Shown: positions 12,551 to 21,436 of the stretch, piece by piece | Position numbering within the stretch: the first letter of the stretch is position 1 | How the letters are laid out: each line of letters opens with the position of its first letter | NCBI GenBank assembly: GCA_963674945.2 | Contig: CAXXWQ010000004.1 | Span: forward strand, 2,752,001 to 2,816,000 | Direction of reading: 5' to 3' | Source: an uncultured Desulfosarcina sp. | GTDB taxonomy: Bacteria > Desulfobacterota > Desulfobacteria > Desulfobacterales > Desulfosarcinaceae | DNA length: 64,000 nucleotides | The notes under the pieces: model-generated | What the model was told of the DNA's origin: nothing | Database searches by the model: none | The model's input: only the letters and a program-made list of their open reading frames with translations | Position numbers and translations under genes: made by a program

Positions 12551-13447
12551 ATGTCCGGTTATGTTCCCGTTCGTATCGATCAGTTTGTCGAGCAATACCT
12601 GCGCAACAACAAGGACGCCGATGGTGATTCGGTTCGTGCCGCCGTGGAGGAGGCCATCGCCGCATGGCGCCAGGGCGTGCGGTGTGCCTGTGGAAAACCT
12701 CTTTGGGTAGCCGGATCGGCAGTCGCCGGCTATGGGTGTTTTTCCTGTATCACCGGATCACCCGAACCGGAAGGTGACCCTGAGATCGACGTGGTATGTG
12801 ACGACTTCGCCTACGACATCATGGACCAGCAAATGCGATTCGAGCAGGTTACCGAGATCATGAAAAATCATCCCGGTGACTACCGGGAACGTTTGGAAGC
12901 CATCGGCTTTGTCTGGCAGGATGAAGAATACGACCTGTTATTCGAAGAAGAGCGCCAGGAAGAGCAAAAAGCCATGCCCCGATCGGAAAATGAGATCCGG
13001 CTGATCCATTTTTTCGAACACGGTGGCCACGTAACCCGATCCATTCTCGATGCCTACCTGGCGGAACGGTATTCGGAAACCGCAAACGTTCCGCTGATCC
13101 GAAAATATTTCAAGCAGGCCAATCCAAACCTGAAAGCGATCTTGCTCAAGGGCCTGGCAGCGAACCCGACCGACCTGGACCTTCTTGACGATCTCTCCTA
13201 CTTCAGCGAGTTCGACAGCATTTTAGGGGAGCTGATCCGCCATTACACCGACGCCTGCCGCCTGGAGACGGACATGGAAAAGTTTTCCATGCTGGCCCAG
13301 GATTTTCATTTGAATACCCACGACCAGGGTTACGACGCCCTTTACGAATTGTCCTCCATTTTCCAATCGGGCACCAAGGGTGCAGTGGTCCAGCATCTGT
13401 GTGATAGCATTGAGGACGCCCATGGGGAGGAGGGCTCTTTCCTATAA
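12551..13447 (+). CDS. Hypothetical protein with N-terminal Cys cluster (CxC...CxxC) and acidic helical C-terminus
   Basis: 298-aa ORF with host-like codon usage; CACGKPLWVAGS...GCFSCITG. Confidence 0.7.
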   Translation: MSGYVPVRIDQFVEQYLRNNKDADGDSVRAAVEEAIAAWRQGVRCACGKPLWVAGSAVAGYGCFSCITGSPEPEGDPEIDVVCDDFAYDIMDQQMRFEQVTEIMKNHPGDYRERLEAIGFVWQDEEYDLLFEEERQEEQKAMPRSENEIRLIHFFEHGGHVTRSILDAYLAERYSETANVPLIRKYFKQANPNLKAILLKGLAANPTDLDLLDDLSYFSEFDSILGELIRHYTDACRLETDMEKFSMLAQDFHLNTHDQGYDALYELSSIFQSGTKGAVVQHLCDSIEDAHGEEGSFL

Positions 13448-13681
13448 GCGGGGGAACCAGCCTTTCGTTCGATACCGAAGAGGATTTGGCTGCCATCGCC
13501 GGAAAACTTCCGGTGCATACGCGCATCGGGGCCAACGCAGCCGTGTTTGCCGGTAATCCCGATTTTGCAAGGCGGCCGTCATCCATGACGTGGCCAAGGA
13601 TGTGGCCGCATTCTTGCGCCTCACAACGGATACGACCGATTGAAGGAAAAGGGTGATGCCTTCATCCAAAACGGAAATCTC

Positions 13682-15652
13682 ATGAAACACCGTATCTTTC
13701 AGAAACCGACGGAACTGGCAATTTCCTTCAAGATCCTCATACCAAGTGGCATCGTGTTCTTATTGTTCGTCTATTTCTCCTTTTTTGTTATGCTCCCTTT
13801 CGTGGAAAAACACCTTATGAAGCAGCAGCGGCAGATGCTGATCAGCACGACAACCGGTATCATCAGTTTGTTGGATTATCTGAATGCCAACGTCCAAACC
13901 GGAAAAATGCCCGAAAAAGAGGCGAAACGCAGGGCATTGGCTGCCATCCGCAATCTTCGATACGGTCCAAACGGTGAGAATTATTTTTGGATTGGCGAAA
14001 TTACCGGTGCCGTTCTCTTTGAACCCGGTCAACCCGACCTGGCCGGCACATTCCTATTGGAATGCAACGAAGGGAAAGCATGCCGGTTTTATTCCGACGC
14101 GTTGACCATCGCGCAAGGATCGGGTGCGGGTTTCATCGAGCACAAATGGCCGTCGAAAGGTGATCCGTCCCGTATCGTCGATAAGCTTTCCTACGTCAGA
14201 TTGTACGAACCCTGGGAATGGATTGTAGGGACGGGCCTTTACATGGCCGATGTCAAATCCGAAATCGCCTTTTTGACAAGAAAATTGCTTTGGTTGCTGA
14301 TCGGTGTGATGGTGGTGTCCCTGGTCTTCTGCTTTTACGTCTATCAGCAGGCGCTGACTGTGGAGATAAAACGCCAGAGGGCAGAGAAGATCAATCAGAG
14401 TCTCATAGATATCTCTAATGCGGTCAATACTACCTTTGATCTCGAAACATTGTATGGCACCATTCATCACAGCCTTCAAAATATCAACGACATGAAAAAT
14501 TTCTTTGTGGCCATCTACGAAGAAGAGAAAGACCTTATCGCCTTTGCGTACCGTCAGGACGAACTGGACAATGACCTTCCGACCATCGAAGCGGTTCATC
14601 GGTCAGGATCGCCTTTCGCCCGTGTAATCGTCACCCAGGCACCGGTTTTTGCCACGCGCAAACAAATTCTCGAATGGGAAAGCCGTTACGGCACCCGATC
14701 CAAGCACATACCCATGGCATCGTTTCTCGGTGTCCCGCTACAGATGAAAGACAAAATGATCGGCGTGATGGCTGCAGCAGACTATTTTCGTGATGATCAA
14801 TTCGATGAAACGGATCTGAATGTTTTTCTCTCCGTTTCCGACCAGTTGGCAGTCGCCATCGAACGAAAACAGGACGAGTTGGATTTAAGAAGAAAATATG
14901 AACAAACCGAATGTATCCTGCGGGAAAGCGAAGAGAGATTGCTCCAGAGTGAGCGACTTGCGGCGACCGGTCAACTGGCGGCGTTTATTGCCCATGAAAT
15001 CAACTCTCCCTTGCAGGGTGTCACCTCCCTGCTGAATGTCATCCGGAGAGAATACGGAAATGACGCGAATCTCGTGGCGCATTTGAATCTTATCAAAGGC
15101 GCTTTCAACAGCATTCGAAGGACGGTGAAAAACCTTCTGGATCTCAATCGTCCTGGAAAGGAGAAATACCAGCCCATCCACCTCCAGGAAATCCTCAGAT
15201 CAACCGGTGCATTGGTGAGAAGCTTTCTAAAGGATCATGGGGTACGGTTGAACCTGGAGCTGGCGCCTGATTTGCCCATGATCATGGGATCACCCCAGCA
15301 ACTGAGCCAGGTGTTCATGAACCTGATCAACAACGCCGTTGAGTCCATGAACATGAATCCGGAAAACATCGAACGACGCATCACCATTCATGCCGAATCG
15401 GACGAAGATCGTTTGACCATTCACGTTGAGGACACCGGCCCTGGTATACCGAAGGAAGACATGCCCCGGATATTCGACGCATTCTTCACCAAAAAGAGAA
15501 GAATGGGTATGGGTGTGGGGCTGTTCATTTGCCATCGAATCCTCGAGGGACACAATGGCACCATCTGGGTGGAAAACCAGACGGACCGGGGCGCACGATT
15601 TACCATTCGACTTCCCATACGCCATCGCGGCGATATCCGAAAAAGGGGGTGA
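13682..15652 (+). CDS. Sensor histidine kinase (Cache, GAF, HisKA, HATPase)
   Basis: Two TM segments flank an sCache_2 domain (LRYG..YFWI, KLSYV..WEWIVGTG); GAF; AHEINSPL; NLINNA; DTGPG; GMGVGL. Confidence 0.92.
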   Translation: MKHRIFQKPTELAISFKILIPSGIVFLLFVYFSFFVMLPFVEKHLMKQQRQMLISTTTGIISLLDYLNANVQTGKMPEKEAKRRALAAIRNLRYGPNGENYFWIGEITGAVLFEPGQPDLAGTFLLECNEGKACRFYSDALTIAQGSGAGFIEHKWPSKGDPSRIVDKLSYVRLYEPWEWIVGTGLYMADVKSEIAFLTRKLLWLLIGVMVVSLVFCFYVYQQALTVEIKRQRAEKINQSLIDISNAVNTTFDLETLYGTIHHSLQNINDMKNFFVAIYEEEKDLIAFAYRQDELDNDLPTIEAVHRSGSPFARVIVTQAPVFATRKQILEWESRYGTRSKHIPMASFLGVPLQMKDKMIGVMAAADYFRDDQFDETDLNVFLSVSDQLAVAIERKQDELDLRRKYEQTECILRESEERLLQSERLAATGQLAAFIAHEINSPLQGVTSLLNVIRREYGNDANLVAHLNLIKGAFNSIRRTVKNLLDLNRPGKEKYQPIHLQEILRSTGALVRSFLKDHGVRLNLELAPDLPMIMGSPQQLSQVFMNLINNAVESMNMNPENIERRITIHAESDEDRLTIHVEDTGPGIPKEDMPRIFDAFFTKKRRMGMGVGLFICHRILEGHNGTIWVENQTDRGARFTIRLPIRHRGDIRKRG

Positions 15653-15654
15653 AG

Positions 15655-16458
15655 ATGCGATACGGAGCCATGAATTTTCCGGTAACGCCGGTATTGGAAG
15701 AAATCGAAACCTTTTCCCGCCTGGGATTCGATTACCTGGAACTGACCATGGACCCGCCCATGGCCCATCACACAAAGCTGTCCGCGATTCGGGAAAAGAT
15801 CATCCAGGCGCTGGCGGAAAACAACATGGGCATTGTCTGTCACCTGCCCACCTTCGTGACCACGGCGGATCTTACCGAAAGCCTCCGGCAGGCATCGGTG
15901 AATGAGATGCGACGATCATTGGATGTGGCCGCATCCTTGGGGGCGAAAAAGATCGTTTTTCACCCCAGCATGGTCACCGGCATGGGGGCCTTTGTCATGG
16001 ATACGGTGCGAAAGCACGCGTTTGACTTTATTTGCGAGATGGCCGACGCGGCAAAGCGGCTGAATGTGACGTTGTGCCTGGAAAACATGTTCCCCCGTTG
16101 TCGATTGGGGGTGGAGCCCGATGATCTCGCACAAATCTTCAATGTCGTTCCTGCACTGAAGCTGACCTTGGATACGGGTCATGCCAACATCGGCGATCGA
16201 CGCGGACGACGTTTACGGGAGATGGTGTCACGATTCGGAAAAAGAATCGGCCATCTTCATTTCAGCGACAATCAGGGATCGGTGGACGACCATTTGGCCG
16301 TGGGCCAGGGAACGGTAAACTTCTCATGGCTGACAGGACAGTTGTCGGCCCTTGGATATGACGATACCATCACCTTGGAAGTCTTCGATGAAAACCGGTC
16401 CATGCTGGTCGAAAGCCGCAAGCGCATTGAACGGATGATCATCGGGGCTCGGCGCTAA
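15655..16458 (+). CDS. Sugar phosphate isomerase/epimerase (xylose isomerase-like TIM barrel)
   Basis: CLENM, LDTGHA, HLHFSDN, DHL, TLEVF metal-binding motifs; start MRYGAMNFP. Confidence 0.88.
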   Translation: MRYGAMNFPVTPVLEEIETFSRLGFDYLELTMDPPMAHHTKLSAIREKIIQALAENNMGIVCHLPTFVTTADLTESLRQASVNEMRRSLDVAASLGAKKIVFHPSMVTGMGAFVMDTVRKHAFDFICEMADAAKRLNVTLCLENMFPRCRLGVEPDDLAQIFNVVPALKLTLDTGHANIGDRRGRRLREMVSRFGKRIGHLHFSDNQGSVDDHLAVGQGTVNFSWLTGQLSALGYDDTITLEVFDENRSMLVESRKRIERMIIGARR

Positions 16459-16512
16459 TTTCCTTCCTCTCGTTTCTCCACGGTCCCATGGGGGAATTTT
16501 CTTATTGGAAGA

Positions 16513-16560
16513 TTGATGATCTCGCAAAAAGTCGCTTTGTTCGGACGGATTCGTAAAAAT
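16513..16560 (+). repeat. Family A repeat, isolated end
   Basis: TTGATGATCTCGCAAAAAGTCGCTTTGTTCGGACGGATTCGTAAAAAT lies between convergent genes and abuts the stop at 16560. Confidence 0.75.
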
Positions 16561-17474
16561 CAGATCGGGGTATTTCTCCGCAGGATGGATACAATACGAT
16601 CCAGGTTCTCCGCTGCCTTTTCTCTAGGGAATCGACATGCCCCGGCCCCTGGATGGCCGCCTCCCCCGAAATCGGCAAGCATCTTTCCCACGTTTACCTC
16701 ACACCCGCGGTTTAGTATGCTGTGCCCCACCTTTATGCTGGCCAGATTGTCTTTGTCATAAATGATTTTCACGTTCACCGTGCAGTCGGGGAAAAGGGAG
16801 TAGATTAAAAACCGGTTTCCGTTGGGTGCGGGATCCAGTCCCCTGAAATCGGTAATGGAGACATGGTCGACCATTGTTGTGTGGGATATCAATGCTTTCT
16901 CATAGGCGGTGTTGGTGGATATTACCTGCCGACACCGCTTTCGCACATCCCCGTCCTTCATCACCTCATCCATGGAATGCGTGCGCAGAAGGTGCACCAG
17001 ATGATCCCAATAGCTGTTTTCCCGTGGATCCTGGTTTGTGATGGTCATGGAGAGGAGAACGAACGGATATTTTTCCGGGTGAAGGATTTCGTCCAGCGTC
17101 AGGTCCGCCGAATCGATCCGATCGGTTTGACGAACCAATTCTTCGTAATCCCGATCCAGCCTCGACCTGTAATGCTCGTAGACGATACCGGCGGCAGACG
17201 GTGCGATCTTGAAGACACCGTCTACGGATTGTTCGCGTTGGTTGGAATAGTGGTGGTCGAACCACAGGCAGCAATTTTCATGAAACGGCAAATTGGCGAT
17301 GATGTCACCGGCCTGTATCGATACGTTCCCATGCTGGATCTCACTGGGTTGTGTCCAAAGTATCGGTGGGTCGATGTTCAGTGCATCCATGAGCAAAACA
17401 GCACACACCACACCGTCAAAGTCGGGACGTGTAACCACTCTCTTCGGATTTTGTCCTGTCACTGTTGACCCCAT
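16560..17474 (-). CDS. DHH-family phosphoesterase (exopolyphosphatase-like)
   Basis: TRPDFDG, FDHH, APSAA, GGGGH motifs. Confidence 0.9.
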   Translation of the reverse strand: MGSTVTGQNPKRVVTRPDFDGVVCAVLLMDALNIDPPILWTQPSEIQHGNVSIQAGDIIANLPFHENCCLWFDHHYSNQREQSVDGVFKIAPSAAGIVYEHYRSRLDRDYEELVRQTDRIDSADLTLDEILHPEKYPFVLLSMTITNQDPRENSYWDHLVHLLRTHSMDEVMKDGDVRKRCRQVISTNTAYEKALISHTTMVDHVSITDFRGLDPAPNGNRFLIYSLFPDCTVNVKIIYDKDNLASIKVGHSILNRGCEVNVGKMLADFGGGGHPGAGACRFPREKAAENLDRIVSILRRNTPI

Positions 17475-17539
17475 CCATTCGTTTTCGCCTGTCTCATCGA
17501 TACCAGCAAATGCCAACAACCGCAATAGCGGGCATGCCG

Positions 17540-18439
17540 CTATGATTTTTTCCGGCGCCTGCGGGGAAGGTTGGTCAGAAAAACCGCCGACAGCACGAGC
17601 AGTCCGCCACCGGCCTGAACAACGGTGAGTCTTTCGGCAAGCAGCACCCATGCACCGATGGCCGTAACCACAGGTATGCCGTTGATAAATACGGAGGCCC
17701 GAGACGCAGGCACCTGGGTCAGGGCGAAATTGTAACACAAAAAGGCCCCCACGGTGGCAAATGCCGTCAGATAGACCAGCGCCAGGACCGATCGGCCGGT
17801 GATGACCGACCAGGACAGCGACGGCAACTCCAATAAAAACGGCAGTCCAAATATCAGGGCGCCGTAAACGATCTGCGTGAATGTGATTTCAAGGGCCGAG
17901 TATCGAAGTCCCAGGTCACGGGCCAGGATGATATACGAGGACCCCGCAAGAACGGCACCGCCGATCAACAGGTCCCCCAACAAGGATCCTTTCAGCGCCC
18001 AGCGAAAGTTTGGATCACCGACGACGAGCAGGAGGATGCCGAAGAAAGAGATGAGGATGCCGACGATGCGAACGCCACTGGTTTTCTCTTTCAACACCAC
18101 AATACTCAAAAGCAGGACGATCAGGGGAATGGTGGCGATGATCAAGGAGGTCTTCGCCGCGCTGGTGTATTGGAGGCCGATGGTCTCGAAAAGAAAGTAG
18201 AGCCCCGGTTCGAAAATGGCCAGCAGCGCCATCTTCACTTTATCCCGGCCTTGGAAGTCGGGCCATTTTCGCCCCTGCCGCAAAAAGAGAAAAATCAGCG
18301 CCGCCAAAAAAAAGCGGACAAAGACCAGGGTGAACGTGGGGATGCTTTCCAGGGCCACCTTGGTGGCGACGAAGGAGAGTCCCCAGAACACCACGGTAGC
18401 CACAAGAGCGGTATAGGTTTTGATCATGCCAGCGGCCAT
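17540..18439 (-). CDS. DMT/EamA family transporter
   Basis: About 10 TM segments; FWGLSFVATK and two EamA repeats. Confidence 0.92.
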   Translation of the reverse strand: MAAGMIKTYTALVATVVFWGLSFVATKVALESIPTFTLVFVRFFLAALIFLFLRQGRKWPDFQGRDKVKMALLAIFEPGLYFLFETIGLQYTSAAKTSLIIATIPLIVLLLSIVVLKEKTSGVRIVGILISFFGILLLVVGDPNFRWALKGSLLGDLLIGGAVLAGSSYIILARDLGLRYSALEITFTQIVYGALIFGLPFLLELPSLSWSVITGRSVLALVYLTAFATVGAFLCYNFALTQVPASRASVFINGIPVVTAIGAWVLLAERLTVVQAGGGLLVLSAVFLTNLPRRRRKKS

Positions 18440-18569
18440 GGTGCCTGCCTTTAATTACGCAACGTACGGGATTCGGTCTTTAGCGGACAGAATAATTGGG
18501 ATCTGTCGTGTCCACCAGAAATGGTAGGTCATGGCTCAGGCCAAGGACGCAGTGACGTTGATGACTTTG

Positions 18570-18694
18570 GATGGATTCGTAAAAGATCCGAGATCAAGGA
18601 TTGCGAGCCCCGAGGAGTGAGTCGTACACAAAAGTACGTCGCAGCGACGAGGGGCGAAGCGTAACGCAGATATCGGGGCTTTTACGAATCCGTC
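18570..18694 (+). repeat. Family A repeat, copy 2
   Basis: GATGGATTCGTAAAAG...CTTTTACGAATCCGTC with the conserved internal GAGATCAAGGATTGCGAG and GAAGCGTAACG blocks. Confidence 0.9.
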
Positions 18695-19510
18695 CTATAC
18701 AACGCCGTCGGGCATTGGCGCTATCCTATCCCCTCCCAAAACATAGCCGCCGTCCAGGCGAATCACGCTTCCGGTCATAAAGGGGGCGTCTGCCAATAGA
18801 TAGCGAACGGCCCGAATTACATCATCCATCCGGCCGATCCGGTTCATGAGAGTGTGATCAACGATGGCCTGACGCTGATCTCCGGTCAACAGCCCCCACC
18901 CCCGGGTGGATGGCCCGTGGCGGGTTTCAAAAACGCCCAACATCAATTCATTCACCCGCACCGATGGTGCCCCGAGGCGGGCCCAAGTCTCTGTAAGCAA
19001 CGAAATACCACGATTGGCCGCGGCGTACCCTTCGTTGAAAAGATAGCTGGCCGGACCGCTGCGCCCCACGATGCCTGCGATGGAAGAGATGTTGACGACG
19101 GCGCCGTCTCCGGAATCCTTCAGGTGTGGCAGCGCCGCATCGAAGACCCACTGCTTTGCACGCAACGTGGTGGCCAGTTCAAGATCCCACTGCTCCTGGG
19201 TGTATCGGCCATGAACCACCGGCCACCCGCCCCGTTCGATGTTGTTGATCAAAAAGTCCAACCGGCCGAATCGGTCCACGACGCCCGCCACCCAATGTCC
19301 GATGGCATCGGTATCGGTAAGATCGACCCTCTCGATCCAATGATCCGTGCCCGTTACGGCAAATCCGGTTTTCATGGCGGACAGACGCTCGGGCCAATCA
19401 TGCCAGCTGCACGCCACACGGATGCCCTGATGCAAAAGGTCCAAAGCGATGGCGTAACCGATTCCACTGATGGCGCCCAGCACCACTGCGACTTTTTCGT
19501 TTTTGCTCAT
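18695..19510 (-). CDS. SDR family oxidoreductase
   Basis: VLGAISGIG, LDFLINN, NISS, and a YAAAN variant of YxxxK. Confidence 0.88.
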   Translation of the reverse strand: MSKNEKVAVVLGAISGIGYAIALDLLHQGIRVACSWHDWPERLSAMKTGFAVTGTDHWIERVDLTDTDAIGHWVAGVVDRFGRLDFLINNIERGGWPVVHGRYTQEQWDLELATTLRAKQWVFDAALPHLKDSGDGAVVNISSIAGIVGRSGPASYLFNEGYAAANRGISLLTETWARLGAPSVRVNELMLGVFETRHGPSTRGWGLLTGDQRQAIVDHTLMNRIGRMDDVIRAVRYLLADAPFMTGSVIRLDGGYVLGGDRIAPMPDGVV

Positions 19511-19530
19511 TTGTAATGATACCGTCACGT

Positions 19531-19684
19531 TTGATGACTTTCTTAAAATTCGGATTTCAGACGGATTCCTAAGAAGTTCGAGATCAAGGATTGCGAGTCC
19601 TTAAGGTAATGAGGCGTATATAAAGTACGCCGCAGTGACGAGGGATGAAGCGTAACGCCGATATCGTACTTTTACGGAGCCGTC
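19531..19684 (+). repeat. Family A repeat, copy 3, with outer extension
   Basis: Core 19560-19684: GACGGATTCCTAAGAAG...TTTTACGGAGCCGTC. Confidence 0.9.
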
Positions 19685-20390
19685 ACGTTTTCGAAAAGAT
19701 GGTTTCCTTGACCCACTCCATGGCCGCCGCCAACAGATCCGAATCGGCCAACGAATCCTTTGAAAAGGGCAAAGATACCTTTCCCTCGATCCAATCTACG
19801 CGAAATCGGTCAAGGTCATACAGCGCCCGGTACACCCGTTCGCTCTCCGCTGGAACCAAAGGGTGCGGATGGCACCGATTCTTCATGGCAATCAGCGATA
19901 ACATCTTGTCGTTCATTTGGTTGTGCATCGTAAGTTGCTGGTCGGCCATCCATTGAACCGGAGTCTGCGAACGTCGGCTGCTAAATCCCTGGCAATGGGA
20001 TTCGTGGATCAACGCGAATTGTTCAGTTAACATACCGGTGGACCGGTTTCGGGTAACCCCCCGTGCAAGTGGGTACATACGGCAGGAGGCGGGACGGACG
20101 GGGTAGACCCGGCAACCGGCCTTCGTAACAAAGGGGCAGGTCCTGTCCTTGCCATCGCCAAAGCGCAGCGACACCACCGGCAACCCCGAGCCGGGACCGA
20201 TGCTCTCTACTGTGTAGGTGTCGAGAAATTCATGGGAAGGGATTTTCAAGAAATCTTTCAGGCAAAGAACATCAAAGGGGGCCAACGCCTGGTTCAGATC
20301 CCTGCAGCAGGCGTTGAAGCATGACACATCAGGGCTGCAGGAGAAAAAAAATTCCTGATCTTTTTCAATATGTGAGAACCAGTTTTCCAT
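19683..20390 (-). CDS. YkgJ-family cysteine cluster protein
   Basis: CxxxxxCFNACC, CPF..GCRVY.VRPASCRMYPL; the TGA stop overlaps the end of repeat copy 3. Confidence 0.88.
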   Translation of the reverse strand: MENWFSHIEKDQEFFFSCSPDVSCFNACCRDLNQALAPFDVLCLKDFLKIPSHEFLDTYTVESIGPGSGLPVVSLRFGDGKDRTCPFVTKAGCRVYPVRPASCRMYPLARGVTRNRSTGMLTEQFALIHESHCQGFSSRRSQTPVQWMADQQLTMHNQMNDKMLSLIAMKNRCHPHPLVPAESERVYRALYDLDRFRVDWIEGKVSLPFSKDSLADSDLLAAAMEWVKETIFSKT

Positions 20391-20940
20391 TCCCGAACAC
20401 TCCAAAGATGCAAATGAAGCAAACCAAGGCATTGGTACCATGTTGGGCTACCAAGTCAACCGAAATTCCACTGCACGATCGCAGTTTTAAGCATATGAAT
20501 GTTTACTCCGGCGCGATCTTTTTGCATTCGGATCCCCCACCACATCTTGTACCATCCAAAGAGGATTCAACGATATATGGGCAATTGCCGGTGTGATTGT
20601 AAGGTACTGCATATTTTGGGGTTTTATGTCGCCGAAAATTCTTGACAATGCCTATGCTGGATGGTATTGATCTTACCTTGCATTGTAAAGTGACTATCTT
20701 ACCGAATTTATACGATAAAATTAAACAAACAATGCCGACGCCGATTGAATGCAAATCCATTTACGGTATTCGTTACACAAGGCAAAAAGGCATTTTTCAG
20801 ATTCATCGGTGCAATAGTCCGGGTCGAAACCATTCGGACGCCTAATTAATGGAAGGGAGGTGCAAGTAACAGGAGGTTGACCTTAGTTTTGGAAGTAGGT
20901 TCAGTAAACTCTTTTCAACTAACCTTAGGAGGTATAGTAA

Positions 20941-21372
20941 ATGCCAAGTTTTGTAATTCAGGAAAAATGTGACGGCTGCAAGGGTGGCGACAAAACCGCT
21001 TGCATGTACATTTGTCCCAATGACCTGATGGTGCTGGATCCCAACGCCATGAAAGCGTACAACCAGGAACCGGATCAGTGCTGGGAATGCTTTTCCTGCG
21101 TAAAGATCTGCCCCACCCAGGCCATCGAAGTGCGCGGCTACGCCGACTTCGTGCCGCTGGGGAGCTCCATCATGCCCATGATGGGTACCGAAGACGTCAT
21201 GTGGACCTGTAAGTTCAGAAATGGCCTCATCAAACGCTTCAAGTTCCCCATCCGGACCACCCCCGAAGGCCAGGCCAACGCCTACGCCGACCTCAAGGGC
21301 AAGGATCTCGAAAGCGGTCTGCTCTCAACGGAAGAAGCCGACGGCTACACCATCCCGACCCCCAAGGTCTAA
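20941..21372 (+). CDS. aprB: Adenylylsulfate reductase beta subunit
   Basis: MPSFVIQEKCDGCKGGDKTACMYICP; CWECFSCVKICP. Confidence 0.98.
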   Translation: MPSFVIQEKCDGCKGGDKTACMYICPNDLMVLDPNAMKAYNQEPDQCWECFSCVKICPTQAIEVRGYADFVPLGSSIMPMMGTEDVMWTCKFRNGLIKRFKFPIRTTPEGQANAYADLKGKDLESGLLSTEEADGYTIPTPKV

Positions 21373-21436
21373 TCCGGTCCATCGTTTGTTCGTAAAAAAA
21401 ATAAAAGAATTTCGATATTCTACAGGAGGATAAAAT

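Noticed and set aside
20700..20730. Rex operator upstream of aprB
   Set aside because: Only a weak half-site resemblance to TTGTGAA-N4-TTCACAA.
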